Source: Octopus vulgaris (taxonomy: Eukaryota). Taken from it: 64,000 bases of DNA. The position numbers were made by a program, and so were the translations under genes. The notes under the pieces are model-generated. The model searched no databases and had not been told where the DNA came from. It saw only the letters and a list, made by a program, of their open reading frames with translations. This document shows, piece by piece, positions 29,289 to 44,096 of the stretch. Position 1 is the stretch's first letter. Each line of letters opens with the position of its first letter. Where the stretch lies: positions 106,516,001 through 106,580,000 of the forward strand of contig OX597821.1 of assembly GCA_951406725.2 (NCBI GenBank), written 5' to 3'.

Positions 29289-30299
29289 ATGACAGAAAAT
29301 CACAAGAAATTCAGTGCAGTGAGAGAAGAAATCATTAAACGAAGTAAACTGAAAAATGGAATTGTATTACGGGAGAAATTCTTTATTTTCCATCAGAAGG
29401 TTTCCTTATCTACCTTTTCGTCGTCAAATTACAAGGAAAGATTGAAATACATTTTGCATTGCATGTTCTTCTTTTTGGCTATCTTTGATTGTTTCCGATT
29501 TTCGGTGTGTGCCTTCTGGATAATGATCTGTAAAAAATCTTCAAGTCCATTGACTATCTGTATGCTGGTAGAATGGAAATTTTGTTATTTTTTATACTCT
29601 ATCATCATACTATATAAATCTGGAACCTATGAAATGCTAAAGGAAGCATTTAGAAATAGTACACTTGTGTGTGTATGTGATAATTGTGATTTTAAGCGCG
29701 ACATTCTGTTGAAAATTGACCAAGTTAGAATCATCTTTCAACTTATATTAGCGTTTATTTTATACCCATGTCTAACGGTTGTGTTACCAATATTGTCCTA
29801 CAATCAACTTAGTATTTTTGAATTATTTTATTATCCTATTCCCTCTAATAGTGTTTATATTTTTGTGCCTCTTTTGTTAGGCTGGATTATATTTACGTTC
29901 GTTATTCTGCAAATTTTGCCCCAACTTAACTTGTGTTGGATTATAGTAGAACATTTAATTATAGAATTTGGTGTTCTGAGGGAGAAATATCGGGACGTTT
30001 TAAATGCAGACGCCAGTAAGCAATTCAGCAATGAGTGGATGCAGAGAAACGAAATGATCATGTATTATTGCACAAAACATGAAGAAATGTGTAGTTTATT
30101 GGATGAGACAGATAAAGCATTGCAACATAACACGTCATCATTGATAATGAACATGATACTAGGATTGTGTACCTTATTTTATGGATTTGTGAATGATTTC
30201 TTGAAAAGTAATGAGCTGCTAATTGTATGTATTTTACCGATAATACTTTCCCTGATAGCCGGATGGGTGCTTTACAGAGGAATGAAGCTTCATCAAAAT
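29289..30299 (+). CDS. GRL long N-terminal exon B (about TM1-TM6, 337 codons)
   Basis: Intact ORF paralogous to exon A (KFS.VRE, WKFC, NSTL.CVCD.CD, LQILPQ.N, YCTKHEEMC, NMILGLCT); acceptor tttgcag at 29271-29277; donor at the homologous position is AAT|gcaagt (GC donor). Confidence 0.88.
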
Positions 30300-32512
30300 G
30301 CAAGTATTATAACATTTTAAACTTATTTGCAAATAACCAAATATAAAGTTAATAAAAGAATGCATCTGTTTAGATAATGATCCAAATTAATTTAATCCAT
30401 CATAAGTTGATAAATAATAAAGCAGCTATGCAAAAAGTTTTTCTCACAGCGAAGTGCTAAACTTTTCTAAACATTCCGCATTCAGATTACTCTGTTAAAT
30501 GTAATTCTTATATATTCAAATTGTTTTGAATTAGTCATCGAGATTTCGGTGATTTGAGTGTTTACTTTTAGGATGATTTTGTAGGGTAGTTGTGAGAGAT
30601 CGGATCTGGCCAGTTTCATCATAGCATCATACCACCTGTACTATATTGAGCCAGATATGGCCTGGTTAAATAGTAACTGATTTTAATACTTAATGTACAT
30701 CCCATCAGTATTCAACATCCGGTTATTAACTAGGAGTTCTTTTTAAGCAAGACTGCAAAATACCACATGAAGAATTAATGCTGATAACATAAAATTATTA
30801 TACATGGTGAAATGTTTTATTTAGTGTATTTTGTGTGTTTAGCAAGCTACCAGTATCATATGAAAAAGCATCATTCGTTGATGATTGGCTAATATTGAAT
30901 AACATAATTTTGCATGAAGTGAAACGATTTCCAATACATAGTATTTTCGTAACAACCCATGTATGTATGGTGAATGTCGTGGGCCAATAAGTGAAGCTTT
31001 ACCCTTTTTATTATTATTAACTCGGTGTCCTTGCAGAATTGGTAGCGGGCCTGAGAAAATGCTTAGCAGTATTTTGTCCGTTTTCATGTTCTGAGCTCAA
31101 ATTCAGCCGAGAACGACTTTGCCTTTTATTATTTCGGGTTTTATTAAATAAGTATCAGTCGAGTACTGGTGTCGATATAATCGATTGACACCCACTCCAC
31201 AAATCTTCAGTTCTTTGTGACAATATGAGAAAGGATTGTTACCATTAAAGCGACAAGGTGCGTGTATTCTTAGAACACCGGGCAATCTGCTTAGCGGTAT
31301 TTTGGTCGTTTTTGCGTTGTGATTTCAAATTACGTCGAGGTCGACTTCACCTTTCATTCTTGCGAAGATAATAAAATAAGTACCAATCGGGGGTTGGGTC
31401 GATGTAAACAACAAGTTTCCGTAGCCGAAATTTCAGACCTAGCACCTGTAATAGAAAGCATAAAATTGATTATGATTAAGGCAGAGAACTTGAAAGATTG
31501 TTAGCACTACGCACAAAAAAATTAGCGTCATAAGTCCGTCTTTACGTTCTGCGTTCAAATTCCCCCGCAGTTGATTTTGCCTTTCATAAGTTTAGATTCA
31601 ATGAAATAAGTACCAGTTAAGCACTGGGGGACGATGAATTCGACTAGTACCTTCTCTGATGACGACGTGATAATGGTGGTGGTGGATTGGTTTGGATTAC
31701 AGTAGATATCTTCCATCGGGTGTCCAACCCGGGATAGGAGGTGGAAAAGATCCCAGAAATAATCTATTTGCTCAGAGGAGCAGAGGTGTGATTGAGGGTA
31801 AGAAGTAAGGATGCCACTTATGTGATGTAATAAGCCACTTCATAGATTTCTGCCTTAAAACATTAGGTAAGGAGCACCCCAACTTAGAGCAACGCCTCAG
31901 TCTCGACAATAGAAGCAGCGTGCAGCAGCAACAGCGTGCGGCAGTAGAAGCGTGTGGCAGTAGCAGCGTTCAGCAACAACGGTAACAGCAATGCGAATGA
32001 AATCAATGCAGAATCTTTTGCAGTATACGAAGGATGCGAACTCAGGATCAAGGATCTTACTCTGAATGTGCGACTGATCTATCGCTATATGAAAACACGA
32101 ATCCTATTACGGGTAGAGCCCACACTTTTAAAAGCGACAGGGTTTATGAAAGGTATTAGAGGTATTATAGATAGGAGCTCTTGCATTCATTTTATACACC
32201 ATCTGGTTGCGAAGCTGTACATATATTTATATATGACCAGCCCAGATTTTCCCACTCCCACCCCCTCAAGAACTCACAACGACCTCGAATACACAAGTGC
32301 AAACAAGGGAGTCAGAGAAAGGCAGAATGCCACCTATATCTGAACACTACTATGGAAGTATTCCTTTAAAAAAAACTTTCTTCTAATTTTTCTAAATTTT
32401 TCTAAATTTAATTATTTAATCGTTACAGTTGAAAAGGTCTCAAAATGACCGAAACCGGTACTGAAAGATTCACTATAAAATCATCTTAGCATTTTCTATT
32501 TTTGACTTGTTT

Positions 32513-32572
<60 letters not shown>

Positions 32573-32924
32573 AGTTGCTTATTTTGATTGTAATCACCGC
32601 ATTTTGAATTATATGAATAATACCCTACTAAATTCTGGCGCCTTTAACTTAAGTACCACATTCAACTGAATCTAAATTTTACTGAACTTATATATATATA
32701 CGCGAGTAAGTGGAAGAACGAAGGAAGGGCACTCAACACAGTTATTGGGAGCGATAAGTATGGATCAAAACATTTTGAGTCAAATTCCTTTATTTACTTC
32801 CAATTTCAAAGTTTGATGTTAATTCTCTGGCATTATAAGTTAGAGCTGAGAATTAGCAACACGCTCTGAAACTTAAATTACTATAGAAATTTGAATCAAA
32901 CTGTTTTGATACACACACACACCA

Positions 32925-33004
<80 letters not shown>

Positions 33005-33212
33005 GTTAATGAGATGTTATAAGTATGACAACGGAAGATCCGATGACGCAGCCCAATGTTGAGGTATCTTCATCATTGTCGTCGTCATCATCATCATCAT
33101 CATCATCATCATCACATTCACATTCCCAATCATCGTCATCGTTTCTTGTCCAAAGAAAAATGTAGTGATCTCGGTCTCTTATACGCCATGTAAACTGGGC
33201 AAATAAACCGGT

Positions 33213-33364
33213 GATACGAATTCCACGATTTGAGATGGCATTTAATGTCCAAATTATAAACATTGATATTAGGTGAAAATTATCTCTCGATACGAATTCC
33301 ACGATTTGAGATGGCATTTAATGTCCAAATTATAAACATTGATGTTAGGTGAAAATTATCTCTC
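33213..33364. repeat. Near-perfect 76-bp tandem duplication
   Basis: gatacgaattccacg...aattatctctc occurs twice (33213-33288, 33289-33364) with one mismatch. Confidence 0.95.
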
Positions 33365-33506
33365 GATTATCTCATGGAATATTTCCTTACGTTGTGTTTA
33401 ATAAGGCTTCAATACACATTGTTTCATTGTTACAATATGTAATACTTTTTAGTAATCCATGACATATCTATTAACCTAAATGTCTCACCTTATTTTGATA
33501 TCATAG

Positions 33507-33575
33507 ATCCATGATATCGTCGAAGATCTGTACGCCATGAATTTTAAAGGTTTGTCAACTGAAACCAGAATGAAG
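33507..33575 (+). CDS. GRL locus 2, short internal exon (IHDIVEDLYAMNFKGLSTETRMK)
   Basis: Acceptor ...gatatcatag|, donor AAG|gtatat; 69 nt, phase 0/0; counterpart of 154-222. Confidence 0.85.
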
Positions 33576-33693
33576 GTATATATTCAATGATTTTCAATCT
33601 GATTGAGTAAAATATGGGAAATTAAATTGTTGTAAGATAATATGTACAGAGCTATGAAATTAAAGAAATATGCATTTTGATGTTATTTATATA

Positions 33694-34210
33694 CTAGCAG
33701 TATCGCCCGGCGTTGCTCGGGTTTGTAAGGGAAATAACTATATAAGCATTTTTAGAGAGTTACTTCCTTTATAGATGCCAATTCGGACTTTCTTAGCCAT
33801 TTCTGTTTTGGTGTCTTCAAGCCATCAAGTCGTTGTTCTAAAAGAACGCTGGTCTCCTTGACAACGCATTACGACGTTGATTTCCTTAAACTCCCTTCCC
33901 CACAGCTTCACGAGGGAGGGAAGAAGATGGAGAAGCAAACACAGGTGCAGGTGTTTGAGCGTGGACGCCAACTCCGCCGCCATCGACACACGAAAAATTA
34001 TGCATTAAAATGGAATAAAAAATGATGTTAAATTATTTTTAAAATCGTAGACTCATCGTAGACGCACGCTAATAGCCAGACGGGCTCGATATTAATCACG
34101 ACTATAAGATACCCGAATTTGGTTAAACTGCACCGCAAAATGTGGGAGGAGTTAGGAATCTAAATCGTAGGAGACAGACACTCACACAACTACAGTTTTA
34201 TATATATAGA
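33694..34210 (-). mobile_element. Non-autonomous Helitron
   Basis: On the minus strand it begins TC, ends with hairpin cccgagcaacgccggg followed by CTAG, and sits between A and T. Confidence 0.75.
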
Positions 34211-34386
34211 TTTCTTGCAAAACGAGGCAATGGTTAATCTCATGAAAAGACAGAAAAAATGTGTAGGTATATGAAATTTGCAGATCAACTTAAACACATA
34301 ATTAGTCTGGTTTTCTTTTCTGTTTATCGGAATTGCGGAAAAAATATTCAAAGATGTATTGGTTTAGACCCAATCTCAGTAATTTT

Positions 34387-35222
34387 ACGAGATCTGATCA
34401 ATAAGTATCAGAACAGTTGCCATAGTAACGAAGCGGTTGTACATGTGCACCAAATTTTAATATTCTAGTTCGCTCCCACTGTTTTCAGCAGTGCTTGGAA
34501 GGAGAGTGTGTAGCGTGTGATCGGCACATTGACCATGACAGAGAACGTTGCCATAGCGATACCTGTTCAGAGGCACAAATTGCAGAAAGTGCATGTATGA
34601 GCCGCATACAAGTGTACGAGTGGTTCAGACATTTCGAAGATGGCCGAAAAAATATCGTTTTTAATGAAACTTGTAGGAGACCCGCAACCAGCAGAGCTGA
34701 GAAAGACATCGCTGATGTGCGTGCAACTTTGAAGGAAAGCTGTCGAATCACAAATCGTGTGTTACCAGAGGATGTGCAGATTAGTTACAGTTCAGTTCAG
34801 TCTATTATCACTGACGATTTGGTTATGAGAAACCTCTGTCTTCCAAGTTTGTGCCAAAACTGCTTTCAGCAAACCAAAGAAAGGTCGGGGTTCAGTTTCA
34901 CAAGATATCCTTAACTCTGTCGAGAACGATGAAGATTTTATGGAAACATTGCGTAGGTCTCTGAGCAGGTATCGCCAAGCTTTTGACAAATTTGATGGGG
35001 AATCTGCGCTCAACTTTCTCTGTCATGTTCAATGCGACGATCACACGCTACACACCTTCCTTCCAAGCACTGCTTTCAACAGAGGAAGTGAGCTAGAATG
35101 TTAAAACTTAGTTTTAACATCAGAACAGAGTTGACGATCTATCTTTGCCATGCGGCTTCACTCTGTGTGCTTTAGCTTCTTTACTATAGCAACAGTGCTG
35201 ATAATTAATCATCAGACCACGT
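34387..35222 (+). mobile_element. mariner-derived element with long inverted arms and transposase remnant
   Basis: ORF 34495-34914: MSRIQVYEWFRHFEDGR...RPATSR; about 34465-34550 is the reverse complement of about 35011-35100. Confidence 0.8.
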
Positions 35223-36717
35223 ATATGCATTTATGTAAATTTATATAAATACATATCGCGTAAAGGAAAACTGTACTCGAGAAAAATGTCTTAAACACAA
35301 TTGTAATATACTGAATACACTAATGAGTATACTTTGGTGTCCCGTTTTGTTACAGAAGCGAGTACTTTTATGAAGAGCTTCATTCTTTAGATGTTTCAAT
35401 CACACTTAAAATATGGTAGAACTGCAGAAAATGTAGCTTTAATGTTTCTGATACTTGGTTGGATGATTTTTAGTCTTATTTTACTTTAGTTCCTATTTGA
35501 TACCAATTTATATATTTCAGTAATTTAGTCGGGGAGAAGTGAAACAAACATATCCTGATTTCGGTCGTTTAAGACGAGCTGGAAGATCGTCAACACGCCG
35601 GGCGAAATGCTTAGCGGTATTTCGTTCGTCCTTACCTTCTGAGTTCAAGTACCTTGAGGTCGATATTGCTTTCATCCTTTCGGAATCTCTAAATTAAGTA
35701 CCAGTCGAGGACTGAGATTGATGTAATCGACTTCCCTATTCCTGGGTAAGAGTAAAAAAACTGCTCCTCTATGACAAGCCATGTGGAACCAGAGTGGCAA
35801 GTAGGCTCATCATACCAGTATGATCCAAGCTCAAATCCATGGCTTCCATATTGGACCGTGTTCGCCGGAGAGAATATACTGAGCCCTTGTCCTTCAGTGG
35901 ACTGATAATAAGAAATGCGATTCAAAAAAGTTAATGAAACATAAAATGAGCTTGTTGTTCAGCGCAAAGTAGCATTTATTGGGATCAATTATTAAAGTTG
36001 TCCCTAGTACAAAAATCTTGTCCACCTACTAGTTTCCGCAAATATAAGATTATATTGTTTCCCAAAGAAAGATGTAATATGAAAGATATTTGAGCTGCAT
36101 TTTTTAACATTATAAGCCTCTACATAAAGACTCAATTTAGTATTGTTGATGTTAATGAGTATATATAAAATTTTGTAATATCAATGTATTATATTGCTTT
36201 ATATTTTAATAATATGCTTTCTTTTATATATATATATCATTAATATATTTGCTGTCTGTTTTCAAAAACTAATGATATAATAGAAATGCTGAAAGGATGT
36301 ACTAATCCTGACCACTGTATACCAAAATTAAGGCAATGTACTTTCTTCCTATAAAGTTACTATTAAAAAGCTCTCTTATACGCAAAATTTAACATTCTTT
36401 ACTAAAACATTTTTTTTTAAATTTCACCTTTAGACAAAATATGAAAAGTGAGCATGCCATTGAAGCGTTTGAAGCAGACAACCGTTAATACATATTGTAA
36501 AATTTATACAAATATGAAATTTAAAGCTAACAGACTTGTTCCTAGTAAATAATTTATTCCTTTCTGTATTCTTGAATAACTATCATGCAGTGTTTCATGA
36601 AGCAAATTTCTATCACAAAGAACATTCCAAGGAAATACTTATTATGACCTGGTATAAAATACCATCAGGTGATATTAAAAGTATTTTTGCTAAATTCTTT
36701 CATACCTCTATTTACAG

Positions 36718-36807
36718 TTGACATTATTTCTCGATAGATTAAACACAACCCCAAGTGGTATAAGCGTTGGAGGCTTCTTTGTTATAAGACCATCTTCTAT
36801 CCTAACG
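36718..36807 (+). CDS. GRL locus 2, penultimate exon (LTLFLDRLNTTPSGISVGGFFVIRPSSILT)
   Basis: Acceptor ctctatttacag|, donor ACG|gtaaat; 90 nt, phase 0/0; clearly homologous to 2141-2230. Confidence 0.9.
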
Positions 36808-37193
36808 GTAAATATAATTATCGACCCTTCCAATTCATATACATTTCGTTGCTATCATGCAAAAGTGTCGTAAGTCCAAAAACGATCCTTTTTCAGAAAA
36901 CGGAGAAGTAGTTTCACCTTTCCATAACATAACTGTTGTACTAGACTTTCACACTTTCTTACATGTTGGCTTCTGAAGTAGCTGGAGATACGAAAGTTTG
37001 AACAAAAGAGATGACTATTGCAAGCAAAAGTAAATTTCGAAGACAAACAAATTTGGCCAAATTTGTACATTCGCCAGTTAACATAATAGCAAGGATTTGT
37101 ATTCATTTTCATAATTTGTTTAATTCTATGTAGATATTAAATTTACATTTAACCGAGTTGCCTCTATTGTTTATTATTTATTATTATTATTAC

Positions 37194-37292
<99 letters not shown>

Positions 37293-37365
37293 CATTCTTC
37301 GTCTCACTCCCTACCCAGAAATCGTTAGCCTTGTTCCAAAATTTAAAATCAATCTTCTTCTGGGC

Positions 37366-37463
<98 letters not shown>

Positions 37464-37660
37464 TAATAATAAATGGCCTGATGTAGTACCAAGCAGTGGC
37501 TCTCGTGGCTTCTGATCTTAACTAATTGGAAGTGTTATTTACAATGTTTTGTCTTGGTATAAAAGATAGGCTACAGCAAATATTTTGCTCAATACCACAC
37601 ATTTGCTTGACAGTTGTTTGACCTTAACAAGTTGAGCACGTCCCTTAGTGGCTCTCGACG

Positions 37661-37723
<63 letters not shown>

Positions 37724-38559
37724 GGAAGGCGGCTGGACGTGATAGAGGAAGGCGGCTGTACGTGATAGAAGCTGGACGTGTTTCTCGCTGCTCTGACCAA
37801 CCTAGCGGGACAACTGAAAAGAACATCTGTAAAAAACTGGAAGATCTTCTGTTTTCTGTGAGTAATTTGAATTTCCCTCAAATAAGGAACTTACATATCT
37901 ACAGCTTTGGACATACAAGCGAACACCTAAAAAAGTTTAGAATCATAAATATCTCCAATTTTGTGTGAACAGTTTGTCGTCCCTTCTTTGCCTTTTATTG
38001 TAACAACACAATTAAATGCACGATAAAAAAACTATGGAAGTAAGCACCTGCCAATATATATACACTTCACAACTACAAAAAAGAAAAGAAAGATTTCTGA
38101 GCATTTTTTTTTCTGAGCATTCGAAAATGTAAACATTCTTCCCATTGCAAAAATCTTATTGCTTTTTCCAAATGGACCTCTCAAGAATACTTAAAAACTT
38201 TAATATATTACCCAAACACGTAAACACGTAACTTTTATTGCAACAACACAATTGAACTCAGAAATTTAAAAAATCATCGACGTGACTATCAGAAAATATG
38301 CGTGTGTGAATATACATATACATATGTGTATGGGTATATACATATATATATATATATAGTTTTTTTTCTCTTCCTACCATTAATTACAAATATAACAAGC
38401 TGAATTGCTTTTCAAGATAACGCTGGTGCTAGTAAACAGGTTTGACCTTTCCCTGACCCAAAATGTCCTTTGTCTATTTGGCTGACCAGTCCACCATCTG
38501 CTGAATCTATTTATAGACCTATAGAACATGACCTCTTTACCGAGGCGATGGTGATAGTG

Positions 38560-38635
<76 letters not shown>

Positions 38636-38749
38636 GCTACCGCTGTGACTACACATAAAACAATAACATTGATGATGATGATGGTGATGTCAGTGGTAAT
38701 GATAATTTTTCTTTTTTTTTTCTCGTATTTTATTCTCATTTTTTCAAAC

Positions 38750-41700
38750 TAATACAGGCAGAGTGAACCTTTCATAAGTTTTTTAAAAAAAACGAAAAAA
38801 AAACGGGAAAACTATGCCCGGAGATAAATCTATCAACAAAAAATATACACGACGAATACAGATCTGCTAGCCTTAAGAAGCTGCGCTACGAACAATGTTT
38901 ACGTGCAGAGAATCCTAAACTGACAGATCCGTCTCTTAATGTAAGAGTCGAAGTTCGTCATGCTTCAATGTCAACAAAACAAACTAAAAACCGCGATGGT
39001 CGGCGAGCGGATTACAAAAGACCACGTACCCGAAAATTGAACCAAAGTCTGATTGAAAAATCAGCTACTGGATCAAATCTTCCCGACACACAGGAGCTGG
39101 ACCTACCCCACAACTGGAATACCCCACAACAGATGGCCATCCATGCTCGTCACCAAACACTCAAAAGAAAAAGAAGGAAAAATGCACTAGGGAAGATAAT
39201 AAAGAAGTTCTTGCAGCCTTCTACCATGCCATATATTTCCCCACAGATAAATCGAACACTATACAAACCTACATAAACTGGAGACAGAAACACCCTGAAG
39301 CAAGACCCTACATAGACAGTAACAAACTTGCCAACGTCAGAAGAAACATTATTAAAAAATTTCTGACTGAAGTAGAGATTGATCAAATTAGACAAGCAGT
39401 AACGGATAGAATGAACGAAGCTGCAGTTAAAGAAGATAATACAGAGGAAATAATTATAGACCAGCCCAGAGCTGATAAAAACGAAGTAAGGATTGAAAGA
39501 GTTAGTATAAGTGATAGCCAAAGTGAAATACTCCCTGAACCAAAATAAACACTAAGACAGATGAACATCAGATAGATGAAGAAAGTCACACAAATATTGA
39601 CCCGACAGAACTATATGAGCTAAAAAGTCAAATCATGATTGAATGGCTGAAAATTAAAGAAACCAGTATGGATGAACGTGATACACTCCCTAAAATCCGC
39701 AACTCTAACCAAAACATGAAAATAATTAGTAAAACCCGGCTTGCACTTAAGGACATAATTTCAGCTAATGATGTTGATATCACAGATCTCAACCACCTAT
39801 ACTATGCATCCGTGAAAATCTCAACGATCCTATGTGGTGTAAAGATTAGAAAGCGGCAACATTTCCACAAAAAGCCTTCTTGGCAAGAGCGTTTGCAACA
39901 ACAAATTAAACTATTTAAATCTGACATTGAATATTTGAAAAACCTTAAGGTTCATAAGACTTCCAAACCTACAAAAACCCAAAAACTAATGAAAAAATAT
40001 AATATGGAAATTATACTTGATATTGATGCCACCCTAGAAACCATCAAGCAAAATGTATCTGCTAAAGCTGCCCGCATAGCTAGGTATGAAAAGCGTGTTA
40101 GATTCAAAAATAACCCCAAAAATTTTTACAGGAAGATAGGACAAACTCCAGTTACTGTAAAGTCTGTACCATCAAAAGAAGAAGTGCAGGGATTTTGGAA
40201 TAAAATTTGGGCAGAAGAAAAAACACACAGCGAAAAGGCCCCCTGGATTGATAGAATATCTAAAGAACTGGACTCGTTAGAAGAGCAAAAGTGGGAGGGT
40301 GTCAAGGTAGAAGATATAAGATCTGCTCTCAGGAGGTCAAGCAAATGGAAGTCTCCAGGAAAGGATAAAATCCCTAACTTCTGGTTGAATGCCTTCCCAG
40401 AGAGCCATGAACTGCTAACAGAACTTTACAATGATGTTTTGCAACACCCTAGTAGGATGCCTCCTTGGCTAGTTAATGGGTTAACATTCCTGCCTCCAAA
40501 AAGTGAAGAAACAAATGAACCAAAAAACTATAGACCCATAACCTGCTTAACAACTACGTATAAAACACTAACATCTGTCCTGACGGAATATACCTATAGT
40601 TTTTTGACAGACAGCAGCATATTCCCTAATGAACAGAAAAGATGTAAACGTGGATCCTACGGTTGTAAAGATCAACTACTCACCAATAAGATGATCTTAG
40701 AAGATGGTCACAAACGACACAAAAACTTATCAATAGCCTGGATAGACTATAAAAAGGCTTTTGATAGCCTACCACATAGCTGGATTAAGAAATGCCTAGA
40801 AATGTATAAGATAGCACCTACTCTGCGAAACCTTTTGTCTGTAGGTATGAGATCATGGAGAACCACACTAACTTTGAACAGTGACAATGAATCCCTAAAT
40901 GCTGGTGATGTAAAAATTGAGTGGAATTTTCCAAGGTGACTTACTATCACCACTCCTCTTTTGTTTAGCCTTAATACCTCTCTCAAAACTGCTCAATGAC
41001 GCGCAGCACCGATATAAAATGTTTGATAAAAATATAAATCATCTCATTTACATGGATGATTTAAAGCTCTTTGCAAAAAATGACTAACAACTCAAGGGCT
41101 TACTAGCGATTGTCAAACAATTCAGTGATGACATCAGAATGCAATTTGGCCTCGATAAGTGTGCAAAAGCTACCTTTATCAAAGGAAAAATGACAGAAAC
41201 ATCTAACGTTGACCTTGACCAGCAGAATGTCATAAAAGAATTAGACCCAGCGGAGAACTCCAAGTATCTAGGGGTAGTTGAAGGAGACGGAATAAGGCAT
41301 TCAGAGTTGAAGGAATGGATCAGGAGAGAATGTTATCGCAGAGTAAGAGCAATACTCAAGACAGAGCTGAATGCGAGAAACAGGATTGAAGCGATCAATG
41401 CATTAGCCATACCAGTCGTGACTTACAGTTTCAATATCGTTAACTGGTCAATTACTGAAATATGTAATCTTGACAGAAAAATACGAAAACTGTTGACAAT
41501 GCATAGAATGCACCACCCTAAGGCAGATACAGAACGACTCTATCTGCCAAGAAAAGAGGAGGCCGTGGACTTTTACAACTGGCAATAACAATGAAGATTG
41601 CTACAATTGGCCTAGACACCAACCTGAAAAACTCTGAGGACTGGATGTTAAAACTTGTCTCAAAACATGAAAACAAGAAAACATCATACTCAGTAACAAA

Positions 41701-42782
41701 ACAGGCAAAGGATTATCTAAGTGAATTCCGAATACAACAAATTTCGGATTTAGAGAGAGACATACAAGAAACAGGCATAGAAAAAGCTAAGCGCATGAAA
41801 ACCGGTGCTAAATCTGCGGCCTTAGATATTCTGAATGATAAATGGCAAGAAATACCTTTCTATGGCAAATACCCAAAGAGAGCGAATAATGCAAATGTTG
41901 ACAAAGCCCTGACCCATCAATGGCTAATGGCCTCTGGCTTAAAATCTGAAACAGAGGGGTTTACCATAGCAGCTCAAGATTAATGCCTACCAACAAGAAA
42001 CTACCAGGCCAACATATTAAAAATTGGCAGTAGCCCAACGCGTCGTGTATGCCAGCAACAAAATGAAACCATCGATCATGTGGTCTCCAAGTGCAGTATT
42101 CTAGCGCCTACAGAGTATCTCAACAGGCATCATAGAGCTGCACAATATATTCACTGGGTAATCTGCAAAAACCTGGATTTGCCCCATGAAAAAAACTGGT
42201 GGGAACACAAACCACCCCCAGTGCTTGAAAATGACCACATCTCACTCATCTGGAACTTCACCATTCAAACTGACAGAAAGATAGATGCAAATAGGCCAGA
42301 CATCATATTGAAAGACTTCAAACAAAGAATATTCCTTCTCATTGATATGACTGTCCCAATCGATATAAACGTATCTGTCAAGACCTATCAAAAACTCAGC
42401 AAATATAAAGATCTTGAAATAGAAATCAGCAAAATGTGGAACCTGAAGACTAAAACAATACCTGTTGTCATAGGTGCCCTGGGAATGATAGCAAAAGGGG
42501 CTGATTGCTACCTAACTCAGATACCAGGAAACCCCAAAATGGCAGAAATTCAAAAGATAGTGCTCATGGGAACTGCTCATATCCTACGCAAAATACTTTC
42601 TATGTAATCTCAAGGTTTAAAACAAACATTTTTTTAGACATCCACCAGTACAACACAAAAAACAACCAAATATATGGCACACTAGGCATAACAACAACGT
42701 TGCCTTCCAACCTGTTGTATCTTAAGGTCTCCGGGTGAGACTTGGAGCCAACTTGTACAAATATAAAGCAAAAGTCAAACAT
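38750..42782 (+). mobile_element. R4/Dong-clade non-LTR retrotransposon (RT and restriction-like endonuclease), near full length, disrupted
   Basis: RT motifs KSPGKD, YRPITCL, WIDYKKAFDS, YMDDLKL (about 41049); C-terminal zinc-knuckle remnant and RH...PD...ID...KY RLE motifs in 42080-42607; ends in (TAA)n. Lies in a GRL intron. Confidence 0.9.
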
Positions 42783-42989
42783 ATAATAATAATAATAATA
42801 ATGTGAACTACAAAAGATAAACTTGATAGGTACAGTCCATATACTATAGAAAGCCCTCTCTATCTTAAGTGGAATAAATGTGGTGATAATTTTAGCACGC
42901 ATAGCGAAACAAATGTGTCCTTGCTAATCTTGTCCTCGGGAGGATGCCTGGTACTAAGGCAGCTGAAATAAAATTATAATGAAAGGAAA

Positions 42990-43009
42990 TTATAAATGAT
43001 AATAATAAC

Positions 43010-43065
<56 letters not shown>

Positions 43066-43072
43066 CAACAAC

Positions 43073-43149
<77 letters not shown>

Positions 43150-43192
43150 CAACAACAACAATAATAATAATAATAATAATAATAATGATAAT

Positions 43193-43233
<41 letters not shown>

Positions 43234-43256
43234 CAACAACAATAATAATAATAATG

Positions 43257-43336
<80 letters not shown>

Positions 43337-43357
43337 AATAATAATAACAACAACAAC

Positions 43358-43407
<50 letters not shown>

Positions 43408-43440
43408 TAATAATAATAATAATAATAATAATAATAGTAA
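42990..43440. repeat. Long (TAA)n/(CAA)n microsatellite
   Basis: About 450 bp of TAA repeats with CAA/TGA interruptions. Confidence 0.97.
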
Positions 43441-44059
43441 CAGTAATGTTTCCCTGCTCCGTCACCCCACTAAAACTCAGCACATTCGTAAACCATGATG
43501 CATGCACATATGACAGCCTCACCAGTTCGTAAGGCTTCTGTAAAAATGATATGATGGGATAAGTGAATCAATGAACATTGAAATCCATAGTCTCAGAGAT
43601 GTGACATAAAAAAATAATAAAATATAAAGGTAAATAGTAAAACAGGTGTACCTGTGACCATCAAAGCTTTTGTGATATTAGTCGGGCGTTCGGAAATATT
43701 ATGGCTAAATATATGGAGACCATAATAATCAGATATTCTCAAATGTCTTTTAAAAATCGGAAATATTACAGCAAGCTTCTAAGAGAGCTTAATTATGAGT
43801 ACTTGGTTTCCATTCTGTGAAATAAAAAATTACTACCCATAAAGAACTTCCAGAGTAAAGCAACACATTTTCTGCTTCTTGAGGGCCCTGGGTACTTCAA
43901 GGAACAACTTATATAAAACAAAGCGACAGCAACAGATTAAATGTATTAAAATTAATAATATAAATAATAATAATAATGATAGTAATACTAATAAAAAAAA
44001 ATAATGGTAATAATAATAATGACAACAACAACAACAACAACAACAATAATAATAATAAC

Positions 44060-44091
<32 letters not shown>

Positions 44092-44096
44092 TAATA

